Both the position numbers and the translations under genes were made by a program. A stretch of DNA of 64,000 nt from an uncultured Flavobacteriales bacterium (GTDB lineage Bacteria; Bacteroidota; Bacteroidia; Flavobacteriales_C; GCA-002722245), in NCBI GenBank assembly GCA_905182585.1, contig CAJJCC010000001.1:96-64095 (forward strand), given 5' to 3'. Positions 1 through 10,160 of this stretch are shown here, piece after piece. The notes below the pieces were generated by a model. That model worked only from the letters and a program-made list of their open reading frames with translations, did no database searches and was not told the origin of the DNA. The first letter of the stretch is position 1. Every line of letters begins with the position of its first letter.

Positions 1-21
1 TAAGTAAGGATTCGTTAATTT

Positions 22-531
22 TTATTCAAACAAAGATTTTAATTCAGGAGCTTCGCTCGGCTTTAATTTTCCTGCCATTATTAAATTAAGTTGTCTTCTT
101 CGTAAAGCAGCATCAAACCTATCTTTTTCATCATCAGTTTCAGGTGTTAAAGCGGGAACCTCAATTGGTCTTCCAATTTGGTCGACAGCAACAAAAGTAT
201 AAATAGCTTCATTATGCATCGTTCGTGCACCAGTCATATGATCTTCAACCCAAACATCCATAACCACTTCCATACTCGAAGTAAATGCTCTTGAAACTTT
301 CGCCTCAATGGTAACAATATCTCCCAGTCTGATTGCTTTTTGAAAGGCAACTTTACCAACAGAGGCAGTGACAACAACCCTTCTGCAATGCCTATGAGCG
401 CTAATAGCACCTACTACATCAAGCCAGTTTAAAAGTTGGCCACCCATTAAGTTCCCAAGTGTATTTGTGTTATTTGGTAATACAATATGGGATGCAGATG
501 CGAACGTTTTACTAGCCTGAGTTGCTTTCAT
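22..531 (-). CDS. acyl-CoA thioesterase (hotdog fold, YciA/Acot-like)
   Basis: 169-aa ORF with motifs typical of hotdog acyl-CoA hydrolases (NTLGNLMGGQLLNWLD, VVVTASV..VAFQKAIRLGD). Confidence 0.75.
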   Translation of the reverse strand: MKATQASKTFASASHIVLPNNTNTLGNLMGGQLLNWLDVVGAISAHRHCRRVVVTASVGKVAFQKAIRLGDIVTIEAKVSRAFTSSMEVVMDVWVEDHMTGARTMHNEAIYTFVAVDQIGRPIEVPALTPETDDEKDRFDAALRRRQLNLIMAGKLKPSEAPELKSLFE

Positions 532-588
532 AGATGCGAAGTTAAATAATCAAAAGTTCAATCTGTTATTTGAAATAGAAATTAAGTG

Positions 589-1260
589 TTATTTAGCACC
601 TTCAAACTTAGTAGATCGGTTAACTTTTTTCTTCCTTTTAGGAATAGTATGTTCTTTGTTCGAACCTGAATAGCTTTTGCGCTCTTTATATTTTTTCCCT
701 TTATGCTTAAGATTCCCTCTGAAATGATACCATTTTTTATCAGGGTCACGGTAACCTCTTTTATTTGTTTTTGACTTTCTTCCAAATGAGTCTTTATGTT
801 TAAAGTTTGAATTTCGACCACTGGATCCACCATAAGAATCTTTAAATCCAACTTGGTTTCTCCTTCCGCCACCACCACTATAAGAATCTCTCCATTTGGG
901 CGCTATCGATTTGTTGGTGCTACTACCGCTATAAGAGTCTTTGAAGTTTGATCGAGATTGACGACCGCCACTTCCTCCATAAGAATCCTTAAATCCTAAT
1001 TGTCTTTTTCTACCGGAGGTACCGCCATAGGAATCACGAAATCGTATTTTGTTCGCTCTACCAGAACCACCACCATAGGAATCATTAAACCGTCTTTTAA
1101 AAGCTCTTCCTTCCAAAGCTGAGTTATATTTATCATGAAAGCGTAATTTCAACTTTCTGCCTTCAGCTTTACCGCTGTAACTATCTTTAAAAGAGGGATT
1201 ACATCCTAGAAAGAGAAAGGATGACACACAGATTAATAGGTATGTTTTAAATTTTTGCAT
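589..1260 (-). CDS. hyper-basic tandem-repeat lipoprotein, unknown function
   Basis: Signal peptide with lipobox (FLFLGC), then about 8 clear and 2 degenerate 16-17 aa units F-[KR]-D-S-Y-[SG]-G-x-x-G-R. Rich in K/R/G/S/Y. Confidence 0.6.
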   Translation of the reverse strand: MQKFKTYLLICVSSFLFLGCNPSFKDSYSGKAEGRKLKLRFHDKYNSALEGRAFKRRFNDSYGGGSGRANKIRFRDSYGGTSGRKRQLGFKDSYGGSGGRQSRSNFKDSYSGSSTNKSIAPKWRDSYSGGGGRRNQVGFKDSYGGSSGRNSNFKHKDSFGRKSKTNKRGYRDPDKKWYHFRGNLKHKGKKYKERKSYSGSNKEHTIPKRKKKVNRSTKFEGAK

Positions 1261-1326
1261 TTTAATTCTCGAGTAAAATCGGACTCAACAACTTTTACGG
1301 GTAAGAACTAATTTAGTTTTTCTTTG

Positions 1327-1546
1327 TACATTTGCATTAATTAATGCCAAATAACAGCACAAATATCATTCAAATTAAAGCGACGATTTCTATCATCGCT
1401 GTTGCTATTATTACCCCTATTGGGGTTTAATTTTCACATATAATATACAAACATCGTTATTTCTGATTAAATCATTATTTAATCACGTTATAATTCAATA
1501 TTTTTGCGCCTTTGGCGCACAAGTCGAATAAATTAAAAAGAGAGAA
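1327..1546 (+). promoter_or_regulatory. candidate thr-operon leader region (Ile/Thr-rich 28-aa uORF 1344..1430 plus hairpins)
   Basis: TACATTTG -7-like box at 1327..1334. The ATG at 1344 opens MPNNSTNIIQIKATISIIAVAIITPIGV (9 Ile, 3 Thr). Hairpin ACCCC-TATT-GGGGT (1413..1426) followed by TTAATTTTC overlaps the uORF stop. A second -7-like box TATTTTTG lies at 1499..1506. Confidence 0.3.
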
Positions 1547-3979
1547 ATGAAAGTTCTAAAATTTGGAGGTACATCAGTAGGAACAGCGGACTCAATCACA
1601 AAGGTTAGTCAGATTGTAAAGGATGAATCAAAGGAGGAGAGAGTAATTGTTGTTGTTTCAGCAATGTCTCAAGTAACCAACAAGCTTTTAAATGCAAGCA
1701 ACTTGGCAGCAACTGGCGATGAATCTTACAAAGAGATTACCAAAGAAATTGAGAATAAACACTTCGACGCGATTCGTACTTTAGTTGCTATTGATCAACA
1801 GAGTGGAGTTATTGCAAACGTTAAAGTTCTTTTAAATCGATTAGAAGATGTTTTAACAGGCGTTTTTTTAGTACAGGAATTATCACCAAAAACATCCGAT
1901 TTTATTGTAAGCTTTGGTGAGCAACTTTCATCAATTATCGTTTCTCAAGCGTTACAAGCTGAATTAGTAGATTCGAAAAGTTTAATTAAAACAGATAAAA
2001 CGTTTGGTGGAGCTACTGTGTTACACGACACAACTTACCAAAACATTAAAGAATATTTCTCGGCAAATGATGCACAAGTATTTGTTGCTCCTGGGTTTGT
2101 TGCTTCAACAGAGAATGGGATTACTTCAACTTTAGGTAGAGGAGGCTCGGATTTTTCAGCAGCGCTTTTTGCTTCGGGTGTTGATGCATCAGAATTACAA
2201 ATTTGGACGGACGTTAGCGGAATGTATACTGCTGATCCAAGAAAAGTTAAATCGGCATTTCCTGTAAAATTTGCTTCCTATAGAGAAGCAATGGAATTAT
2301 CACATTTTGGAGCTAAAGTAATTTACCCTCCAACGATTTCTCCAGTTTACAAAAAGGGAATTCCCTTAAAAATTAAAAATACGTTTGCACCACAGGACCA
2401 AGGAACCTTGATTACTGCAAGTGCAGATGAAGGAATGCCAATTAAAGGTATTAGCTCAATTGATAAAATAGCTTTAGCAAGCTTAAGCGGTTCAGGAATG
2501 ATTGGAATACCAGGTATTTCAGCTCGTTTGTTCGGAGCCTTGTCAAGAGCATCGGTTAATATTATATTAATTACGCAAGCTTCTTCGGAACATTCAATTT
2601 CATTTGCGATTAGTCCAGATGATATCGATGTTGCTGTAGAAGCAGTAAAAGAAGAATTTACGTTTGAAATTCAAACAGGAAAAGTAAATAGCCCTCGTGT
2701 TGAAACTGGTTTGTCAATTGTTGCCTTAGTTGGGGAGAAAATGAGCGGACAAGTTAATGTGAGTGGTAAAATGTTTAATGCTCTTGGAAGTAACGGGGTC
2801 AATTTAAGAGCCATTGCGCAAGGGTCGTCAGAAAGAAATATTTCAGCTGTGATAGAAGAAAAAGATGTGAAAAAAGCACTTAACGTGTTACACGAAAATC
2901 ATTTTGAAGGATCAAATAAAGTATTGAATTTATTTGTTGTTGGAGTTGGTAACGTAGGGGGAACTCTTATTGATCAAATCAAACAACAACAAAGTATTTT
3001 ACTAAAGAATGCAAACATCGACGTGAGAGTTGTTGGTTTAGCAAATTCTAGAAAAATGCTTTTAGGTGATCAAAGTATTGATTTAAATGATTGGCAATCT
3101 CAAGTGGATGCTGCTGATGAGGTATTTGATAAGGATGCTTTAATTGAACGAATCAAGGAGTTGAACTTAAGAAACAGTGTTTTTGTTGATTGTACTGCAA
3201 ATTATGAAATCGCATCTGTTTACAAAACAGCTTTATCAAACAACGTTAATGTTGTTACAGCAAACAAAATTGCATGTTCTTCGGATTATGAATCCTACCA
3301 AGAATTAAAAGCAATCTGCTTGAAAAACAACGTGAAGTTTTTATACGAAACAAACGTTGGAGCTGGATTACCGGTTATTGGAACAATTAACGATTTAGTG
3401 AATTCTGGAGATAGAATCCAAAAAATTGAAGCTACTGTTTCTGGATCGTTAAACTTCATCTTTAATACTTACGACGGAAATAACACTTTCCATGATGTTG
3501 TAATGTCTGCAAAGTCTGAAGGTTATACTGAGCCAGATCCAAGAATTGATTTATCAGGAGTTGATGTTAAGCGTAAAATCTTAATCTTAGTTCGTGAAGC
3601 TGGAATTAAAATGGAATTTGAGGACATCGAAGTAAAAGATATACTTCCAAAGGCATGTTTTGAAGTTGACTCTGTAGAGGATTTCTTTGAAGTGCTTAAA
3701 AAGGACGAAGCTATTTTTAAGAAAATGGTAAACGATGCACAAGCAGAAACAAGAAAGTTAAGGGTTATTGCAAAGTTTGAAGATGGAAAAGCAACTGTTG
3801 AATTACAGGCTGTAGATTCGGCTCATCCTTTTTATAACTTACAAGGAACGGATAATACAGTTGCTTTATATACGGATAGATATGTAGCGCAGCCAATGGT
3901 TATCCAAGGGGCTGGAGCTGGAGCAGGAGTTACTGCTGCTGGTGTATTTGCTGATATCGTTAGACTTGCAAATTACTAA
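1547..3979 (+). CDS. thrA: bifunctional aspartokinase / homoserine dehydrogenase
   Basis: 810 aa. N-terminal aspartokinase (KFGGTSVG) with ACT-like regions, C-terminal homoserine dehydrogenase (VVGVGNVGG NAD site). Followed by thrB and thrC. Confidence 0.95.
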   Translation: MKVLKFGGTSVGTADSITKVSQIVKDESKEERVIVVVSAMSQVTNKLLNASNLAATGDESYKEITKEIENKHFDAIRTLVAIDQQSGVIANVKVLLNRLEDVLTGVFLVQELSPKTSDFIVSFGEQLSSIIVSQALQAELVDSKSLIKTDKTFGGATVLHDTTYQNIKEYFSANDAQVFVAPGFVASTENGITSTLGRGGSDFSAALFASGVDASELQIWTDVSGMYTADPRKVKSAFPVKFASYREAMELSHFGAKVIYPPTISPVYKKGIPLKIKNTFAPQDQGTLITASADEGMPIKGISSIDKIALASLSGSGMIGIPGISARLFGALSRASVNIILITQASSEHSISFAISPDDIDVAVEAVKEEFTFEIQTGKVNSPRVETGLSIVALVGEKMSGQVNVSGKMFNALGSNGVNLRAIAQGSSERNISAVIEEKDVKKALNVLHENHFEGSNKVLNLFVVGVGNVGGTLIDQIKQQQSILLKNANIDVRVVGLANSRKMLLGDQSIDLNDWQSQVDAADEVFDKDALIERIKELNLRNSVFVDCTANYEIASVYKTALSNNVNVVTANKIACSSDYESYQELKAICLKNNVKFLYETNVGAGLPVIGTINDLVNSGDRIQKIEATVSGSLNFIFNTYDGNNTFHDVVMSAKSEGYTEPDPRIDLSGVDVKRKILILVREAGIKMEFEDIEVKDILPKACFEVDSVEDFFEVLKKDEAIFKKMVNDAQAETRKLRVIAKFEDGKATVELQAVDSAHPFYNLQGTDNTVALYTDRYVAQPMVIQGAGAGAGVTAAGVFADIVRLANY

Positions 3980-3982
3980 ACA

Positions 3983-4909
3983 ATGGATCAAGTAAAAGTT
4001 TTTGCCCCAGCAACTATAGCCAATGTGGCTTGTGGTTTTGATGTTTTAGGGTTAGCATTAGATTATCCTGGTGATGAGGTTTTGATTAAAAAAACCGATT
4101 CGAAGAAAATCATAATTACGGCTTGTCACAATGCTGAAAATCTTCCTTTGGAGGCGGATAAGAATGTAGCAGGGGTTGCGGTACAAGCATTACTTGATAA
4201 ATTAGGATCTGATCAAGGTTTTGAAATTGAATTAACAAAAGGGGTGAAACCTGGAAGTGGGATAGGTAGTTCGGCGGCTAGTTCAGCGGCTGCTGTTATT
4301 GCAGTTAATCACTTGATGGGAGAGCCTTTTACCCGTAAAGAGTTAGTGGAATTTGCAATGCAAGGTGAGAAATGTGCCACTGGTGTTGCGCACGCTGATA
4401 ATGTTGCGCCAAGTATTTGTGGTGGATTTACGTTAGTACGATCATATGAACCGTTAGATATAATTAAAATTGATGCTCCAGAAGAGTTATGGGCTACTGT
4501 TATTCATCCTCAATTAGAGGTGAAAACAAGAGATGCTCGTAGAGTTTTAAAAGGTGGTATCGATTTATCTAAAGCAATTACACAATGGGGTAATGTTGGA
4601 GGTTTGGTAGCTGGTTTATATTCTAAGGATTACGATTTAATTGGACGTTCGTTAGTGGATGTTGTAATTGAACCGATTCGATCGATTTTAATACCAGGAT
4701 ACGAGAATGTTAAAAAGGCAACACTTGCTGCTGGTGCTTTAGGTTGTTCTATCTCAGGGTCTGGTCCATCTATTTTTGGATTATCTAGAGGGAAAGAAAC
4801 AGCGTTAAAAGTGAAAGAAGCAATGGCTGAGGTATACCAACAATATGGGGTTGATTTTGAAATCCATGTTAGTCAGGTAAATTCAGAAGGCGCTAGAATA
4901 ATCGAATAG
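3983..4909 (+). CDS. thrB: homoserine kinase
   Basis: 308-aa GHMP kinase with motif PGSGIGSSAASSAA, positioned between thrA and thrC. Confidence 0.9.
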   Translation: MDQVKVFAPATIANVACGFDVLGLALDYPGDEVLIKKTDSKKIIITACHNAENLPLEADKNVAGVAVQALLDKLGSDQGFEIELTKGVKPGSGIGSSAASSAAAVIAVNHLMGEPFTRKELVEFAMQGEKCATGVAHADNVAPSICGGFTLVRSYEPLDIIKIDAPEELWATVIHPQLEVKTRDARRVLKGGIDLSKAITQWGNVGGLVAGLYSKDYDLIGRSLVDVVIEPIRSILIPGYENVKKATLAAGALGCSISGSGPSIFGLSRGKETALKVKEAMAEVYQQYGVDFEIHVSQVNSEGARIIE

Positions 4910-4939
4910 TAAGGTCTTTACAGACTAAAAGATATATAA

Positions 4940-6229
4940 ATGAAATATTACAGCACAAATAAAAAGTCAGAAGATTTATCGTTTAAAGAGGCCGTAATTA
5001 GAGGGTTAGCACCTGATAATGGTTTGTATTTTCCGGAAAGAATTGAAAAATTACCAGAAGGGTTAATCGGATCAGGTAAATCGATAGAAGAGTTAGGTTT
5101 TGAAGTTGCAAAGCGATTTGTAGATGGAGAAATTCCTGATGCTGATTTAGAAAGAATTGTTTCCGAAACGGTAAACTTCCCATTGCCTATTGTTGAAGTT
5201 GAAAAAGATGTTTTTTCTTTAGAATTATGGCACGGACCAACGTGTGCTTTTAAAGATGTTGGAGGACGATTTTTAGCAAGATGTTTATCTCACTTTATAC
5301 AATCAGGAGGAGAGAAAGTAACCATATTAGTAGCGACATCTGGTGATACAGGAAGTGCTGTTGCTGCTGGGTTTTTAGGAATTGAAGGGATTGATGTTGT
5401 GATTCTTTATCCAAAAGGAAAAGTATCCAAAATTCAAGAACAACAATTAACAACAATGGGTCAAAATATTACAACTTTAGAAGTTGATGGTACTTTTGAT
5501 GATTGTCAGGCAATGGTTAAAGCGGCTTTTAATGACTCGGAGTTAAGGTCTAAAATGAACTTATCTTCAGCAAACTCAATTAATGTAGCGCGTTTCTTAC
5601 CGCAATCATTTTACTATTTCGGTTCATATGAGCAATTGGAAGATAAAAAGAAACCAGTTGTTTATTCATGCCCTTCAGGAAACTACGGTAACCTTACAGC
5701 AGGATTGTTTGCTCAAAAAATGGGATTACCAATTGCTAAGTTTATAGCAGCTAGTAATGCAAATGATATTGTTCCTAAATACCTGGAAACTGGAATTTAC
5801 AGTCCTAAACCTTCTGTTGCAACAATTTCTAATGCAATGGATGTTGGCGATCCATCTAACTTTGCAAGAATTTTAGAAATTCATAATGGAGATTGGGATG
5901 CTGTTAAAGCTTCAATAGTTGGTTATTCATATTCGGATGCGCAAACTAAAGTAGGAATGAAGGATGTTATTACGCGTACAGGTTATTTAATGGAGCCACA
6001 CGGAGTAATTGGATACATGGCTTTAAAAGAGTACCAAAAACAACATGATGTTCAAGGTATTGTTTTAGAAACTGCGCATCCAGCAAAGTTTGGTGATGTT
6101 GTAGAACCCGTGATCGGACAAAAAATTGAAGTTCCGGAAAGATTACAAGAATTTATGAGAAGAAAGAAGGTTGCAACATTGATAAATTCTGATTTTAAAG
6201 AATTGAAAGATTACTTATTAAGTAAGTAG
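4940..6229 (+). CDS. thrC: threonine synthase
   Basis: 429 aa. PLP-lysine context CAFKDVGGRF and SGDTGSA motif. Last gene of the thr operon. Confidence 0.95.
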   Translation: MKYYSTNKKSEDLSFKEAVIRGLAPDNGLYFPERIEKLPEGLIGSGKSIEELGFEVAKRFVDGEIPDADLERIVSETVNFPLPIVEVEKDVFSLELWHGPTCAFKDVGGRFLARCLSHFIQSGGEKVTILVATSGDTGSAVAAGFLGIEGIDVVILYPKGKVSKIQEQQLTTMGQNITTLEVDGTFDDCQAMVKAAFNDSELRSKMNLSSANSINVARFLPQSFYYFGSYEQLEDKKKPVVYSCPSGNYGNLTAGLFAQKMGLPIAKFIAASNANDIVPKYLETGIYSPKPSVATISNAMDVGDPSNFARILEIHNGDWDAVKASIVGYSYSDAQTKVGMKDVITRTGYLMEPHGVIGYMALKEYQKQHDVQGIVLETAHPAKFGDVVEPVIGQKIEVPERLQEFMRRKKVATLINSDFKELKDYLLSK

Positions 6230-6243
6230 TTGCATGGAAATAT

Positions 6244-6278
6244 AAAAAAAGGAGCATCGATATCGATGCTCCTTTTTT
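6244..6278. terminator. bidirectional intrinsic terminator between thrC and the response regulator gene
   Basis: Perfect 22-nt palindrome GGAGCATCGATATCGATGCTCC (6251..6272) flanked by A7 upstream and T6 downstream. Confidence 0.7.
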
Positions 6279-6294
6279 GTGCAATTTAAGATTA

Positions 6295-7059
6295 CTATAG
6301 TAAGTTGAACTTAGCGAGTAATTCCTCTTTGTAAGATCCACCAATTGGAATGGACTTTTCAATCCCTCCTAATTGAATTCTTCCGCTTACGTGTTCGATA
6401 GATAAGATTTTATCTAAATTCACAATAAACGAACGATGAACTCTTGCGTAATATTTTTTAGGTAGTTTCGATTCAACATCTTTCATTGTACTGTGAATCG
6501 TGTATTTTCCGTGTTTTGAATAGAAGTTCACATAATCCTTTAGAGCCTCAACGTAAAATAAATCCTCAACACCAATTTTTATTAAGCGACTTTTATTTTT
6601 TACAAAAATGTAATCTTTTCCATTTTGCGTTTCACTTGCTAAACTTGAATAAACCTCGAGCTCTTTCTTGATTTCTTCTGTCTTTTGATGCTTGTATAAA
6701 GCCATCTCGATTGTAGTGTGTAAATCTATTTCTTTAAAGGGTTTTAAGATGTAGCCATATGGTTCTGTAATCTTTGCCTTTGAAAGTGTGTTTTCATCTG
6801 CATAAGCAGTTAAAAATATGACTGGTAAACCGTAATTCTCTTTAACAAATTCAGCGACCTCAATTCCGTTCATATCACCTTTAATCATGATATCCATTAG
6901 GAATATATCAGGTGCAATACCTTCGGTTAAAAGTTCTTTTACTTTTTCTCCTGACGATGCTATTCCGACAACATTATAACCCAACTTTTCTAAGCTTTGT
7001 TCAATGTCTTTTGCCACGATGTTTTCGTCCTCTAATATGAATACGTTAGTATTTGCCAT
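6295..7059 (-). CDS. LytTR-family two-component response regulator
   Basis: 254 aa. N-terminal receiver domain (DIFLMDIMI.., LTAY, KP motifs) and C-terminal LytTR DNA-binding domain (RVHRSFIVNL). Confidence 0.9.
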   Translation of the reverse strand: MANTNVFILEDENIVAKDIEQSLEKLGYNVVGIASSGEKVKELLTEGIAPDIFLMDIMIKGDMNGIEVAEFVKENYGLPVIFLTAYADENTLSKAKITEPYGYILKPFKEIDLHTTIEMALYKHQKTEEIKKELEVYSSLASETQNGKDYIFVKNKSRLIKIGVEDLFYVEALKDYVNFYSKHGKYTIHSTMKDVESKLPKKYYARVHRSFIVNLDKILSIEHVSGRIQLGGIEKSIPIGGSYKEELLAKFNLL

Positions 7060-7067
7060 AACTAATG

Positions 7068-9965
7068 CTAATCTCGTTTAAAGTTAATAGTGAATTTGCT
7101 TCCATTAGTATATTCATATTTAATTTTGCCATCAATTTGATCTACTAAAGTCAATACTAATTGTAGTCCAAGTGAATCATTTGTTTCAATATTTAAATCT
7201 TTGGGCAAGCCAACTCCGGAGTCATGCACCACAAGGATTGTGTTGTTGTTTTTTTTGGCCAGTGATATTTTAATGTTACCTCTTTTTGAGTCCTTAAAAG
7301 CATATTTAAAGCAATTGGAAACCAGTTCGTTAACGATTAATCCACACGGGATAGCTGAATCTAAAGATAGGGATATATCCTCGAAATCAAAATCGAGTAA
7401 AATATTCCTATCTGGAGTCATGTAGGAGTACTTTAAATTGTTGCAAAGATTCTGTAAATATTCTGGGAAATTGACTTCAGCTAAATCTACCGATTGATAT
7501 AAGTTTTCATGAATGAATGCCATTGACTTGATTCTATCTTGGCACTCTCTAACAATATTTAAAGTTCCTTCATCTTCAATGTATCCTGTTTGGAGATTCA
7601 AAATAGAGCTTATTACTTGTAAATTATTTTTCACCCGGTGATGTACTTCTTTTAAAAGAACTTCTTTTTGATGAACATTTTCTTTTAAGTCCTCCTCTGC
7701 TTTTTTTAAATCCTCCTCTGCTGCAATTCTTTCATCAATTTCTTTTTTAAGATGCCTCGTTGTTTCTTCAGCAAACTCAGCTCTTAACTTTTCTTTCTCA
7801 GCTCTTTTTCTACTTGTAATATCATGAATAACCAGTTTCGCAACAGGCTTTTGATTATAGGTAAAGGGAACAGCACATATTTCGATATCGGTTATACTAT
7901 CTCCTGTTTTGATTTGAGATTCAAAAAACGGGGATTGTTTTCCATTAATTGCTTCTGAAATAGCAGATTGTATTTTATCTTTTTTACCACTCGAAATTAA
8001 TGTTGAAATTGACTCTCCAGTTGAAATTTGTAAAAAAGATTGCGCCTTAGGATTAAGGTATTCAATGCCGTTCTCGTTATGTAAAATAATACTATCAGGA
8101 AGGATTTCCACTAATTTCCGGTAGTTTTTTTCACTGTCTTTTAATAATTTAGCGGACTGAATTTCTTTAGTTATATCTTCAACAGTACCTACCCGACCAA
8201 CAACTTCACCAGTTGGTGACTTTAGTAAGTTTACTTGAACTTTAACCCATCTTTCATCCCCTTTTTTAGGGATTATTCGATATTCGTATTGTTGATTATT
8301 CTCCTGTTCTTTGAAATTAATTTGTTGTAAGACTCTTTCTTTATCATTGTCATGAACTTTTGATAACCAATCCCCCATAAAGCCCTCAAAACTAGGATAT
8401 AGAGAAAGATCTTTTAATTTATCGTTTATATAAACAACCTCTCCTTTTTGGTTCGTAAGAAAAATCCCAATTGGAGCGTGAGAGGCAAGTGTTCTAAAAC
8501 GCGCCTCACTTTCTTTTAAAGTATTCTCATAATCAAGTCGTTCCGAAATATCCCTACCACTTGCAATAATTACTTCTTTACCAAAATAAGTTCCGGGGTG
8601 TAGAATCATTTCTAATGGAATTTTCTCTCCATTTTTTGTTTTACAAAGCCAATCGAACTTTTGCGGCTCGCCAGACCATGTTTTTCCTATTTTTTGAAAA
8701 TCATCATCGTTATCGATTTTTAGATACCCCAATTGATCAAAAGCAGTTCCCACAATTTCGGGTTTTGGTGAATCGTATTCGTTTAGAACAGACTGATTTA
8801 CATCGATTACTTTTCCTTGATTATTTACAATGAAGATTAAATCAGAACTTGAGTTAAATATCTCGAAGTAACTCTTAATGGATTGATTTTTTTGTTCTTC
8901 AGCAATTTTTCGCAATGTAATGTCTCTTACAATTACTTGTAAAAAAATATCAGCCTCAACTGTGAAACTATTAATACTTACTTCACTGTCAAATTGAGTC
9001 CCATTTACTTTGGAATGTTTCCAATAAAATAATTGTGAAATGCCTTTAATTGCTTGCTGTATATAATAATGATATTTAAGCAAGGAATCTTCCCCATTTG
9101 GTTGCTTTTCGGGCATTAATTGATGCAGTTTTTTTTCTGAAATTTCTACGTAACTAGTTGATTCAAACATGGTTAATGTTTTCTCATTGCAGTCAACCAT
9201 ATCTATTCCCTTAAAGATCATAATCGCATCATTCGCTTCACTAAAAAGGAGTCGATGCTTTAGTTCACTTTGTCTTAGTAATTGATCAGCCTCAATGTTT
9301 TTTGAGATATCACGGATAATCCCAAAATTGGCATAATGAAGACCCTCAGGAGAAATTTGCGGATATAGGGAAAGCTCTACCCAAGTGTTTTTTTTGTTTG
9401 TTGTGTTTTTAATTCTAAACTGGCATTTACCGGAATTTAAATTGGTATTTACGCTATTAATAACTTCGTTAATACGCTTTTGATCAGATTCTGCTGAGTA
9501 ATGATGTGGCAGTTTGTTGCTTTGTTCCATTTCTTGAATGGAAGCACCGGTTATTTTTTCAATACCGTTGCTAATAAAGCTTAAACGGGCGCCATGTTCT
9601 TTAAATATCTTTTCTGTGTAAATAATTTCATCGATGTTATTAATAAAAAAGGAAAGACGTTCCTCAACGGGGTCTTTATCTTTTGTTTTTAAACGGTATA
9701 AGAAAAATGTATTACCTTCTAATTCAACGATTTTTTTGTTAACGATTATAAAGTAATTGAGTTCAAAAAGATCAAAACTTACTTCCGAATTTATTCCAGC
9801 ATCAAAGTTAATGAAGCTCTCAAAATCCGATTTAACAGGTTGTTTTGGTAAGTTGGGAGCTTGTTTAAATATGCGATCGTTATAATATATTATTTCCCCA
9901 GGCTCGGTTGTAATTACAATCCCCTCAGTGGAGCCATCGAAAAGTTGACTAAAATTGTTTATCAT
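7068..9965 (-). CDS. multi-PAS sensor histidine kinase (HisKA_2 type), apparently cytoplasmic
   Basis: 965 aa. Several PAS/PAC-like repeats, a coiled coil, phosphoacceptor box HHRVKNNLQVISSILNLQ, and an HATPase region (VHDSGVGLP, GLGLQLV). No obvious TM helix. Confidence 0.85.
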   Translation of the reverse strand: MINNFSQLFDGSTEGIVITTEPGEIIYYNDRIFKQAPNLPKQPVKSDFESFINFDAGINSEVSFDLFELNYFIIVNKKIVELEGNTFFLYRLKTKDKDPVEERLSFFINNIDEIIYTEKIFKEHGARLSFISNGIEKITGASIQEMEQSNKLPHHYSAESDQKRINEVINSVNTNLNSGKCQFRIKNTTNKKNTWVELSLYPQISPEGLHYANFGIIRDISKNIEADQLLRQSELKHRLLFSEANDAIMIFKGIDMVDCNEKTLTMFESTSYVEISEKKLHQLMPEKQPNGEDSLLKYHYYIQQAIKGISQLFYWKHSKVNGTQFDSEVSINSFTVEADIFLQVIVRDITLRKIAEEQKNQSIKSYFEIFNSSSDLIFIVNNQGKVIDVNQSVLNEYDSPKPEIVGTAFDQLGYLKIDNDDDFQKIGKTWSGEPQKFDWLCKTKNGEKIPLEMILHPGTYFGKEVIIASGRDISERLDYENTLKESEARFRTLASHAPIGIFLTNQKGEVVYINDKLKDLSLYPSFEGFMGDWLSKVHDNDKERVLQQINFKEQENNQQYEYRIIPKKGDERWVKVQVNLLKSPTGEVVGRVGTVEDITKEIQSAKLLKDSEKNYRKLVEILPDSIILHNENGIEYLNPKAQSFLQISTGESISTLISSGKKDKIQSAISEAINGKQSPFFESQIKTGDSITDIEICAVPFTYNQKPVAKLVIHDITSRKRAEKEKLRAEFAEETTRHLKKEIDERIAAEEDLKKAEEDLKENVHQKEVLLKEVHHRVKNNLQVISSILNLQTGYIEDEGTLNIVRECQDRIKSMAFIHENLYQSVDLAEVNFPEYLQNLCNNLKYSYMTPDRNILLDFDFEDISLSLDSAIPCGLIVNELVSNCFKYAFKDSKRGNIKISLAKKNNNTILVVHDSGVGLPKDLNIETNDSLGLQLVLTLVDQIDGKIKYEYTNGSKFTINFKRD

Positions 9966-10160
9966 AATTACGGAGGCTTACCTATGCTTTCCAAAGGAAT
10001 GCAGAATTTACTACGTAATAAGTAGAAAAGGGTTTTATTTTTGGCAAAGAAATTGTTAAAAGGTAATTAACTTAAAATGTTTGGAACTTTTAATGTTGAA
10101 ATGCTTCGGTAACAAAAAAATCTTTATTTTGTTCTTGTTGCAAAATAACTAATCTTTTTT

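Noticed and set aside
1506-1518. The GCGCC-TTT-GGCGC hairpin just upstream of thrA, considered as the attenuator terminator.
   Set aside because: It is followed by CAAGTCG rather than a U-tract. The T-run is on its 5' side and overlaps a -7-like promoter box, so it does not have intrinsic-terminator geometry on the plus strand.
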